Assembly: GCA_964016885.1 (NCBI GenBank)
Contig: OZ024740.1
Span: forward strand, 141,360,001 to 141,424,000
DNA: 64,000 nt
DNA from: Eledone cirrhosa
Lineage: Eukaryota
Direction: 5' to 3'
Part shown: positions 30,358 to 41,790 of the stretch, in pieces
How the letters are laid out: each line of letters opens with the position of its first letter
How positions within the stretch are numbered: the stretch's first letter is position 1
The notes under the pieces: model-generated
What the model was told of the DNA's origin: nothing
The model's input: only the letters and a program-made list of their open reading frames with translations
Databases searched by the model: none
Program-made: the position numbers and the translations under genes

Positions 30358-30900
30358 CTAGCTGATGTACCCAGCTTTGCTCGGGTAAACAGGCGATGAG
30401 ATAAGACAGGCTGAAAAGAAAACAACTGTATTGGATGTGTTGTCTGGTTTACAGTATGAGGCGAGACCATGGTGTGTTTGACAAAAAAAAAAAAATCTCC
30501 CTTATACATCAGATTCTTTGTTTTACCGTTTGTGCATAACATATTAAGATTTCTAGGTGCTCCCACTTGTGAACAACCTACATATAACTGTCCATGGGTA
30601 AAAAGTAATACCTTTGTATTCAATCCTACAACTTTAAAACTCTGAGTTTGAGCTTTATGTACGGTCATAGCAAAACTGGCTCTAACGGAACTGATGAAAT
30701 CTTGAGGATTTCAATGGCTGCTCAGTAGAAGGGATAAGAGGAATCTTGGGAATAAATGCACTTTCTTCTTGATTATTGCTTCCAAGAATAGTGACCTCTA
30801 GGAGATGGTTCATCATCTGCCTGACAGTAAAGCATGTGTCATTGCATAGACGTGGTTGGTCCACGTTTCTCAAAAGAATGATGGAATCTTTTATATTATA
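30358..30900 (-). mobile_element. Helitron 3' remnant (PIF1 helicase C-terminus plus terminus)
   Basis: IILLRNVDQPRLCN, FIPKIPLIP, FAMTVHKAQTQS, FTHGQLYVGCSQV; minus-strand CCCGAGCAAAGCTGGG hairpin-like motif then CTAG|T at 30358. Confidence 0.88.
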
Positions 30901-33013
30901 TGGAGATATAACTATAGATATATAAACATAGATATTATATATGTGTGTGTGTGTGTGTGTAAACCAGCGTTTGAATTGAAGACACTGGCTGCGAAACATG
31001 ATAATCACTTACAACGTAAGTGCAGAGAGAATCCTGCTAGAAATAGTTGCCAAGTTGGTTAGCATACCAAGGATGTTTTTCTTCTTCTTTGTATAAAATT
31101 AGTTCCTGAATATACACTTATTCCATTGCTGTACTTACTTTTGCTGATCTCTTCGTCAATTCCACTAAGGTACTCCAAACTCACAAGTCTCTCCTCTCAT
31201 CACCTAACGTTTTTCAAATGCAGCTGCCCCCACACAAATCACTACCCCAAATCCTTTCTATTCAGAATGTTAGTACTGTAGAACTCACTGCTTAAATAAA
31301 ACAAAAAAAGTGGATTTGTAAACGATTAAGGGGAACTGTGAATGCCATGGGCACTGTTCTTGCCTTCAAACCTACCAAATAAACACACACATATATATAT
31401 ATCTGTGTGAGTTACCTCTTTCAGCTTGCTGAAAAGAAGACCTAAATTCTCCCTCAAATTATGTTAATGTAACCAGCTTCTACGTTGGTCAAGGTTACAA
31501 CGGCTTTTAAACATTATTCTGCTGGGTTGGCCAGGTGGGAGTGATCTGGATGACGTGGTGCCTTAAAGAATCTCCAACAATGCTGATAACTCTATAATTA
31601 AGAAAGATTTTAAAGGAAACACTATACAGATATAAAAGAAAAAGAAAATCAGTTGCAGAAATTCACACAAAATTGACATGAGAGTTATCTCCCAACCAAC
31701 GTTGTAAATCATTACATTTAATTACACTTCCTCATATACGACGTGTTGCCAATCAATTGTTATTATTAAATGACATAACAATAGAGTGAAGGAAATAAAA
31801 TAATTTTCAGGATTAACGGACAACAGTATAACGGATTTTGGACTTAGTAGACAAAATATGTAAAATAGTGGCGACTTACATGCAATCTGTAAACACAAGC
31901 AAGCACGCGTGCACATATAGGCTTCGCTACGTGGTTAAGGAATTCGCTTCACAAGCAATTTCGTTTTGTTGTATGTGTTTAAATTTTGGTTTTCGATTAT
32001 TCATCTACAAATTTGCCTTTTTAATAGAAATATGCCAGTGCTTGATCCAACAAAACCAGAAATCATGTTTATTCTTTTATTGGTTTCAGTTTATGTTGAC
32101 ATGTCAGCACCTTATTTATGTGAAGGTATAAACATATGAATATTTTAAGCTGTGATTATGTGATTAATGTGACAGCTATCTCAGTAGCTGATGAGAATGA
32201 CAGGCACATGTTTCTGGATTTTTTGTCGATCATCTATGACATTTACTCACTTGGTACTGTGATATGATTACAGATTAAAATATACATAGCGAAACATCAT
32301 ATATGTTTTCATATACATCTCTATTAATCATAGTATGTAGGCCCATTTGAAGTCCCACATCGAGAAACACTGCCCTACACAGTCACTTGACATGGTAGAA
32401 ACAACAGCCAATTCTCCCTAAAATAACATACTACCACCATCTTAACCCTAGATGCCTCGGAAAAGTTGAGTTTTCTTTAATCATAGTCCTACTTGATCAG
32501 TCTTGACCTGGGGCTAAATAACAACCAGCCCAGAGCTTCATGGATTTGTCTGTTGAGACAAAGTCTTCACCAAAACAAAGCAATCCTAATGAGAATGTAC
32601 AAGCTACTGGCCTTTTGGTTGGCATGTAGTATCTTTATGGAGAAAGATGTTTGTGTCAGGTGTTGAGGAAGGATGAAAGTAACTGTTTGCTAGAGACATC
32701 ACATAACAAAGGTTAGTTTTTGCACCAGGGCTTTGTTTAGTTGATCAGCCTGGCTTTGGTCTCCATTGGTATACTCGAGTTCTTTAGGAGAGATAGCATT
32801 TATCTCTGGACTCTATTCTCTATTTCTGTGTCCAGCTTTCCATTCTCAGTAAAGATGCCCCCTAAGCATTACACATATTACAAGTAGGTAGCAAACTGAC
32901 AGAATTGCTAGAGCAACAGTCTTATAATACTGATTATTCAAATCCTACTGAGGTCATCTTTGTTTCTCAACCTTCCGGTAAATAATATACCAGTCCAGTA
33001 ATAAACAGAGTGA

Positions 33014-33194
33014 ATTTCTTCTGGCTGGAGAGTGTGTACAAATGAGAATAAGTTGTATTTCTTCTGGCTGGAGAGTGTGTACAAATGAGAATAAGTTGTA
33101 TTTCTTCTGGCTGGAGAGTGTGTACAAATGAGAATAAGTTGTATTTCTTCTGGCTGGAGAGTGTGTACAAATGAGAATAAGTTGTATTTCTTCT
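33014..33194. repeat. 43-bp tandem repeat, 4 identical copies plus 9 nt
   Basis: ATTTCTTCTGGCTGGAGAGTGTGTACAAATGAGAATAAGTTGT starts at 33014, 33057, 33100, 33143. Confidence 0.97.
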
Positions 33195-33540
33195 TTATCG
33201 AGGGTTTGACAATTATGTATTCCAAGGAATATTCAATATTGTTATGGTTAAACATTAGGCATTTTTAGATAAAAAGAAATCAGATAAAATTAATAAACAA
33301 AAACAGCTTAAATAAAACGAATAAAAATATAAAATTAAAATATATATATTTTTCTTTTATTGTTTACTCTACATAACCATTGGCTTTTATAGAGTTTTGT
33401 GTTGGTATTAGTTTAGACAAATTCTACATCAGAGTTCAACAGTTAGTGTATGTATATATATATATATATACACACTTTCAGGTCTTGAATAATTGTATAT
33501 ACATACAATCATCTATATATATATATACACAAACAAACAA

Positions 33541-33584
<44 letters not shown>

Positions 33585-34519
33585 ATAATTGTTTCTATTA
33601 TTGGCACAAGGCCAGCAATTACCCAGTGCATTACTGGTATTTTATTTTATCGACCTCGTAAGGATGAAAGGCAAAGTTAACCTCGGCGGGATTTGAACTC
33701 AGAATGGCAAGGGCTGTAACAAGTAGGAACAAGGTCTCAAAGTATCATCATCAAGTTTATTCAGGTGTGACGTGCGTTTCGTGATTGATCAGTTGAAGGT
33801 TTGATCTGTATTGATCAGGCCTGATTCTGGAATCAATAGCTCATCAGACTCTTGGATTTGTTAAAAATGCAGATAGAACTTTGAGCTGACACCTGTATAA
33901 AATTAATGATGAAACTCTGACACCTCATTCCTACTTCTTATTAATATTACACTCTGCTTATGAAGGAAACCGACCGTAGTACAAGACCACATACTATACT
34001 TTAACGGACTCACCTATGTATCGAGTGCTCAAGTTGGTGAACCAACAGTAACGTATGGTTACAATCCATTAATATATATATATGCATACATACAAACACA
34101 CATATATATATATATATGTGGTTGGTGTTAGGAAGGGCATCTGGTCATAGAAACCAAGCCAAATCAGTTCTATGTGAGCAATTCACGGTTCCCCAACCTG
34201 ATCCCTCACAAAAGGACAGCTCGTTCTACCCATGCTAGTATAGAAGATGGATGTTAAAAGATGATGATGATATATATATATATAACTATATATATATATA
34301 TACAAACACACAAAAATGATAAGCTCCCTCATTAAGAACAAAATATGAGCATCCAGTTGTTTGATCAAGTGAAGTACCTTATTGAATTAGTGTGTACAGT
34401 AGCAGAGTATTCCACAAACACCTATGTACTTAACTTAATTTTCAAGTAGAATTAGTGTGACATAATATAAGATGCATCTGATCATTTTCTACACAGTTTC
34501 CATCTCAGTGGACTATGTG

Positions 34520-36230
34520 GAAGAGACCATTGCCTGGTGGTCTAGCGGACAGAAAGGCAGACCCAGCAAAGCGTTGCAGAGTGCAATTAGGTCACGAGAC
34601 ACGCAGGAAACTGCTGGTCATCCACTGCATCTTGATTTATTTCTAGCCATCTCAACTTTGTCTTGCCACTGGATACTGATAGGCCAAGATGAGAGAGTGA
34701 AACTGACAGTTTTATTCATTTTAATCCAAGTTGAGATTGAGTCATGATTTCAAATTTTTAAATTCTTCCCACTACTTCAAATCCTGTGGCAATAGGTGAA
34801 TAGTAAAGCAGCTGGTGTGGATACACTGGAAGCTATAGTCACAAACCTGCACACAGGCAACTTGAAGCACAGGGTCACTTTCCACTGCAACAAAGCAGCT
34901 GTGGAGTTTGGCAGCCCCCTGGATGTCTGAGCAGCCCTCTTTAGGAATAGCTCTGCTCACTTATGGAGAAAGGGGATAAAAAAGATACCTTAAACATAAC
35001 TTGCTTCATCACACTCTGGCCATCAGGGATCCCATTTAGCAGTCAAATAAAAGTAAAAGCAAAGGTGCTCAAACTTGTCATGTGGAATGTTCAAACTCTG
35101 CTAGACAGCACCAAGACAGACAGACCAGAATTGGTCACCAAAAGAACTAATTTGCTACAACATGGACACATTGTAGCACTTAGCAAAACACACCTAGCAG
35201 AAATGGTCCAGCTTACAGAACTTAGTGGTTGGTACACCTAGAAAGGTCACAGCTGCATGGAGGCAAGTGTTGGATTTGTCATCTGATCTCACCTTGCTCA
35301 TAAATTTTCCAAGCTTCCAGATGGTGTCAATGATTGCCTGATGATGCTCCAGCTTCAGCAAGGAAACAAAAGGAATGCAACATTAATTAATACATATGTT
35401 CCAACAATGACCAACTCAGCAGTCCCACAGTCAGTGAAGCTTATTGTCATTGAGGACTTCAGCACCAGAGTAGTGTCAAATTACCAGAACTGTAAAGGAA
35501 TCCTTGGAAGATATGGCACTGGCAAGTGTAACAGCAATGGTCTGCTACTCCTCAAGAACTGCACTGCACATGATCTTCTCACAAATACTCTATTATGCCT
35601 CCCTACCATAGCAAGACTTCTTAGATGCATCCATCATCTTGGCACTTGCATCTAATTGACTATGTCATCATCAGAAAGTCAGATTGGCAAGATGTAAGAG
35701 TAATTAAGGCTATGTGTGGTGCTGGCAGCTGGACGGATCATCAACTCATAGTGTCCAAGATTAAACTCCATTTACAGCCTGTGAGATCTCAAGGTCAGAA
35801 GACTGCAAAGAAGCTCTATGTTTCTAAGTTGAAGAGCACTAGAGATTTAGATAGCAGGCGGTCAGACAGCATTGAAGAACAGTGGGCAACTTTCAGAGAT
35901 GCTGTCTACTCTACTGCCCTTGCACACTACAGACTAGCAATCTGCAGAAAGGTAGACAGGTTTGAGGAGAACAACAAAGAGATACAAGCACTGTTTGAGA
36001 AGTGATGACTGTTCAGGTGGCAATCAACTAGGACCGTGACAATCTCTCTACAAAGGAAGAAGTCAGACAAGCCATCAGCCAAATTTCTTGTAATAGAGCA
36101 CCAGGATCAAATGGAATCCCTGCTGAAGTCTACAAAGCAAGGGGTCCACGCATGATGTTGAAGCTGACTGACCCCTTCCAATCCATATAAAATGAACGAA
36201 AGGTCCTGAAACAGTTGAAAAAGGCCAACA
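34520..36230 (+). mobile_element. Decayed RTE (BovB-like) 5' half with APE domain
   Basis: MWNVQTLLD, IVALSKTHL, TYVPTM, HLIDYVII, WTDHQLI; many stops; boundaries approximate. Confidence 0.8.
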
Positions 36231-36653
36231 TATCACACTGTAGTTGTGGTCATCTTTAGCTCTGAAGGACAAACAACAACAACACTCAGCCATATATATG
36301 TATATATATTACTGATGACTAGGTAGTGGATTGCTTAAAAAAAGTGAACATTACATTTTGGTCAGTATAGTATATTGAACTCATAATGATGCAATTTGAT
36401 TTCTCGTTTGAATCTAATGCCACATAATACATAAATTCTTGTGGCTGACATAGTAACAGCAGCAATGGACAGACACACAGACAGGAAATGTGTTATACAG
36501 AGAGAGAGAAAAAGGTGAAAACCCGACTGCGACGCCAAAACGACTTGGTGTCACGGTCAGGTTTTTATCTTTCTCTATACCCACCATGCTTCTTCCCATA
36601 CAGAGTATTCCCCTGATTTATGGCCTCCCTGGTCCCAGCACTGCAGACTCTCT

Positions 36654-36716
<63 letters not shown>

Positions 36717-37124
36717 CACACACACACACACATATATGCTGGTATATACTTTACAGGTTTCAAATATTATCTGATACAGATTTCTATACAAAGAGTACAG
36801 AGTAATTATTTATTATTAGTTAGTGGCAGTTACTTGTAATGCAAGTTCCACCTACTGGCTGATCTTTATGTTAATCTTTAACATGCAGGATTTTTTTTAA
36901 TGAATTGCTTCCCTTAACACTGCATTATGTATTAAGGGGAGATTACTCTACAGGCGACATAAGTTGCTTACAATGCCCAGAAGATTAAATTTATATTGCC
37001 AGAAACAAGCACTTACTGATTTAAAATAAATTACATATATGCGTGCAAGTATGTAGTTTGGAGGGAGAGAAATAATGAGATTTAAGATGTTTATAAAAAC
37101 ATACAATAATAATATAAAAATGCT

Positions 37125-37475
37125 CCTTGGTTCAGCGATGGTTACGATTGGCTGCTGCAGCAACAGTTTGGTTCAGCAATGGTTCTGATTTATTGCTGCA
37201 GCAAATTTTTGGTTGGTTCAGCCATGGTTATGAATAGCTGGTTCAGCAATGGTTATGAATAGCTGGTTCAGCAATGGTTATGATTGGCTGGTTCAGTGAT
37301 AACTATGATTGGCTGCTGCAGCAATGCTTTGGTTCAAGAGTGGTTTCAGTTGGCTGGTTCAGCAATTGTTATGTTTGACTGTTGCCCTAAGTGCTTTGGT
37401 TCAGCGATGTTTTATGATTGGCAGTTTCAGTACGTTTGGTTCAGTGATGATTATGATTGGCTGCTGTAGCAATGT
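37125..37475. repeat. Degenerate minisatellite (about 22-35 bp units) just downstream of the FAM149 stop
   Basis: Recurrent TGGTTCAGCAATGGTTATGATTGGC(TGCTGCAGCAA). Confidence 0.85.
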
Positions 37476-37631
37476 TTGTCGTTGTTATTGATTGAATGAG
37501 AAAGTTTTAAAAACTGTACAATTTGTTGAAAGTTACAATAGACGGAGAATGATGTATAAGAAATGTTGACCATAAATCTTAATCATTACAGTTGATGATG
37601 AAACTGGTGTTGAACCCTGCCTTGAATTGCA

Positions 37632-37699
37632 TCAGGATTGAACTGTAGTACTGTATTGCTGACTTCTCCGTAGTGGTTTATTACTGGTTGTAGCAGGAG
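37632..37699 (-). CDS. FAM149B1: FAM149-like, putative last coding exon
   Basis: ctatttcag| acceptor, phase matches; APATTSNKPLRRSQQYSTTVQS*. Confidence 0.7.
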
Positions 37700-38487
37700 C
37701 TGAAATAGAAGAGATGTGTGTGTGTGTATTGAAGAGGTAGAATGCCAATGGTGAGCCTAGTCATTTCAACTTGTTTCCACCAGATTTTTCAAGGGATTCT
37801 AACTCTTCAATGTACTTATTTTTCATCTCATCATCCATCGAGTACTACCCTGATTTGTGGTCTTCCTGCTCTTCGCACCATACACACTTCACATACACAC
37901 ACACTAAATTGGATGCTTTAAATAACAGTGTACTTAAAAATTCAAACAATAACTAAATATACATCTTTATGTACATACACAAATGTATATGCAAACCATA
38001 TGTGTGTGTGTATACAAACTTTCATTACCTGTACAGGCAATATTTATTAGAATGCTGTTGAGGTGTGTATACATTTTTTAGGGAATATATATATATAATA
38101 ATTAGGGAACAAAGAAACAGTGTGGCATTAAATACATATTTAATCACATATTATATATGTATATAATGCCACACTGATTCTTTGTTCCCTAATTATTATC
38201 AATACTCTGCTCCCCAATAGCACCGAGTGCTCATCTTAGCATACTGCCTGCGAATGCAATCCAATTACTACTTATATATCATATACTGAAGTGGGTGTTT
38301 TAAATACTAGTGTGCTTAAAACAGTCAAATATTAACTGAATGAGCACTTAATACATGTGAGCAGAAAATTTATTTTCTGAAGAGAAATGTGGCAGTGACT
38401 TTGAAGTTTCAACTATTGTTTCTACTATATATATAGTTACCTAATCTAGTATAACAAAAACAAAACAAAACAAATGAATCTGTTTAC

Positions 38488-38631
38488 CCCAAGGTGTGCA
38501 AATAACTTCTGGGTGGAGTTCATCAGCCTCAGGTATATCTTCTTGTTGCAGAGACATGTGTGAATGGATATCTCCACTGACAAATGGCTGTAGACTATTG
38601 CCACTGATTCCCAGAGTTAGGTTCTGACTTC
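38488..38631 (-). CDS. FAM149B1: FAM149-like exon
   Basis: tttcag| and |gtaaac; GSQNLTLGISGNSLQPF...EVICTPW; phase 1-1. Confidence 0.72.
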
Positions 38632-38873
38632 CTGAAAGTAAATTTTCAACAACATTATTATTATATAAATGTGGTTGTTGTTTGGAAGGACATCCAGCTG
38701 TAGAAACCAAGCCAAAATCAGTTCTGTGTGAACAAGACATGGTCACCTGACCTGGCCTATCTCACTACAGGATAACTTGTGTAACCCAGGCAAGCATGGC
38801 AAAATGGACGTTAAACAGTGATGATGATGATTACCATCATTGTTATTAAGCTTGAATCAACCTAGTTGCTTAC

Positions 38874-38967
38874 CTATTAATGGATGCCCTCTGTTGGAGT
38901 TCAAAGTCTGTTGCCAAGGTGGTGTAGATGCCCGACGCATCAGGAAAGTACTGAAAGGTGTTTCAGA
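38874..38967 (-). CDS. FAM149B1: FAM149-like exon
   Basis: cttag| and |gtaagc; SETPFSTFLMRRASTPPWQQTLNSNRGHPLI; phase 0-1. Confidence 0.75.
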
Positions 38968-39533
38968 CTAAGAGTTTCAAGAAAAAAACAACAGAATTAG
39001 TTATGATAGAATTAGGTGTACCAATAACACATTTCATAGTAAGTGTATCAATATATTCCAGAGTAAATGTGCCAATATCCATGTCATTCATAGGCCCTTC
39101 ACTCCAGATTGAGTCATAGAGGCATCATTGTTACATACATGTCTTGAGCATTTAAACCTGGCAGAGCCCATCATTCTTCTGGGCAGAACACAGCTGAGAG
39201 AGAGAGAGAGGGGGGGGGGGTATGGACAATCAACTCCAGTACTGAACTGGTACTTAATTTATCAACCTCAAAAGGATGAGCAATAAACATGAACTTTTCA
39301 CATGCAGAGCCAGAACAAATACCACAAAACATTCTACCCAATGTTCTAATGACTCATCCAATTCACCAGCAATGTAATAATATATTTCACAGTAGAAAGA
39401 TGGGTAGAGGTAAAGGTTTAGAGAGTTAGAGATACAGGCAGTAAGAGAGATATAGAGAAAAAGTAGAATGTACAACCACTGATTCAATAGAAAGGTTCAC
39501 TCTGACAACAACTATGACAACTATATAAAAGTA

Positions 39534-41790
39534 GGTGACTACACAATATTATCAGCTTGTCTCCCCACAGAATGGAGAAGGCGTTTCCCTGGAGGACGGC
39601 AAGGGAGTCACGCTGGAAAAGCCACTCCAACTCACACGGCTGGCCAGCTCAGCGCCTATAGTGGTGAGTAGGGAGGTAGCCCTAGGGCCGAGGACACCAG
39701 AAGTCTCCACAGCCAAGGGTACAACCGCAAACCTGTTGGAGAGCGACTGGTATTTGAGGAGTTGGGCCTCCTCAGCCCGATGTGCAGCAGAACCTGGGTT
39801 AGTCGCAGACTGCACCAGGTTGCGGCTGCAGAAAGTGTCGGTGTAAGTGGCATCTCAGACGAGGGGTTTGCCACCGCGGAACAGGAAGATGGTCATGTCA
39901 TCTGGCCTTTTGCCATCCCCACCCTCACCGGCTCGAGCTGGGAAGGGAAGCCTGCAGCATCCAAGCCATGCTTTATGACCTCATTGAGGGCAGCATGGCA
40001 TGGAAGACGGCCGGCACTGTGGCAACAGGAAAGCGGGTGGAGGCGGAAAGAAGAGTCCACGGTGGATCCACAGGGACATTAGTGGGCTCGCAGATCTGGA
40101 GGCCAAGCCTCAAGGAAATGCTGATGCGCAGACTATTGTTGTCTAGCTGTGTGCCAGTGGAGAAGGAGGGCAGGGCATGTAGCCAGGCATCACTATGGGG
40201 TTTGGAGGCCGCACGAAAACAGGCAAAGCGGTGCTGGTTGAGCTGGCGCGTGAGCTTGTCTGAAGCCAGGCTGCACTGGATGGCATCCCAAGTGCTTTGT
40301 GGGGGACTTGACATCAGCAAGGGGAGAAGGAGGAGGGACGTCGTCTACTGGTCTAAGTCCCAGCTGGTCCCGCGTCTCACAGGCGGCCTCACGTTCTCTG
40401 AACACAGAGGGTTCTATTATGTTTTGGAGAACCCTGTTGAGAGGACGCGGCATGAGGTTACCGAAGTAAGAAACGCCGGCAAAGCAGGTAAAGTGGCCTG
40501 TTGCCATCCAATGTCATCAAACCTGATGTTGCATATCTCCTCGGCTACTGCTCGGATACAAGTATCGAGGTCAGCGAGGAGAGATGCGTGGTGTAGCACG
40601 GAGCGCTGCGAAGGGTATAGAGGAGCTTTGGCATGGCGAAGCAGTCCCTCAACAGAGAGCTGGGTGGCCGTCGATCAAGCCCAGTCGGCTCGTGAGGGTC
40701 TGGAGTTGTTGAAGCCTGGACCTGATGGTGGAACGGATGGCCGGAGGATGGATCAGTGACCCGAGGATGAGGGCTACCTCTTTGGGGGTCACCTGTACCT
40801 GATGGACCGCACGTCCGAGACGGAGGCCTCAGCAGAGAGGGAGGGGGGGACAGCAACTCCTTGAGGTGGCCTGGTCGGAGACCATCAGCACCTCCGCTGC
40901 TGCTAGCTGGGAAGGACTTGATGGCGGGACATGATGTCTGCGTCGGAAGCTGCAAGGAGCAAGTGGAGATCGGGTGGGGGTATGGTTTTGAGATCAGTGG
41001 GTGGCTCAGGGTGCTTGAGTCGCAGGGCGGCCAGGACCTCCTCGGTGTGTTGGAGGACAGTCTCCTCTGAGGCACCAACTCTGACTGCGGCCGAGACATC
41101 CCCCATGATTAATTTGGCATTTACGCGGTCACCCAAACGCTTGGCACTGGCCTCAGGGGTGGAAGATAAGGGGGTATCTGAGGGTGGGGTGTGTGGCGTC
41201 CCTAGGTATGATTGGAATGGGCACTTGCCCAAAGGATGAAACATTGGCCTTGACAAAGGCTGCTGTCGACCGGCCACCTCGGTCAGTGCCAGAACTGGGG
41301 AGGCTGAGGGCGAGTGTGGCGAAATAAAAGAGTCGCTCCGACTCGCTGGCCGATTGGAGTCCAGGGCGCTCTCAATCAAGGAAGTGAGGGCATCGGCTAC
41401 CGGCACCCGAGCCTCTCTCGGGATCCTGAGTGGGATCTTCTGGAACCGCCTGAGCCGAGCAATGTTGACCAGCGAGGCTTGGGCGTCAGGCAAGCTTGCT
41501 GCCTCATCTGGTGGTGTACCAGACGGCCGTGGCTGGGCAGACGAGGGGACTAGAAGCTCAACACGTCAAGCCAACACAGGTGAGGTGGTGGAAGCAGCCA
41601 CACCCTGAACAGTTCCAGCCTCTCTTCCGTCTGTCCGTGGTGCTGCAAGTGCTGCAGGTGTCGGCTTGTGGGGATGGGGGATAGGGCGTGGGGCCAGGGA
41701 CACCGAGCGGCATCAGGGGTGAGTGGCTGGCGTGTGTGGGTGGAAGGGAAAGTGCTGATAAGAGGGCCTCATAGCTCATCTACATCAAAT
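39534..41790 (-). mobile_element. CRE-clade-like RLE non-LTR retrotransposon, frameshifted and internally deleted, GC-rich
   Basis: N-terminal Cys/His cluster CSTC...CSGC...FHHLTC; IKSFPASSSGGADGLRPGHLKELL; PKLLYTLRS; AWLHALPS; C-terminal VPLAVETSGVLG; no YADD-type RT core seen. Confidence 0.82.

Noticed and set aside
33014-33194. Possible CRISPR array
   Set aside because: Units are contiguous and identical with no spacers, no cas genes, eukaryotic context.
32090-34060. Short plus-strand exon-like segments of a fourth gene (about 32090-32125, 32185-32253, 33765-33798)
   Set aside because: No recognisable protein, weak splice context and no consistent chain; cannot be supported without RNA data.
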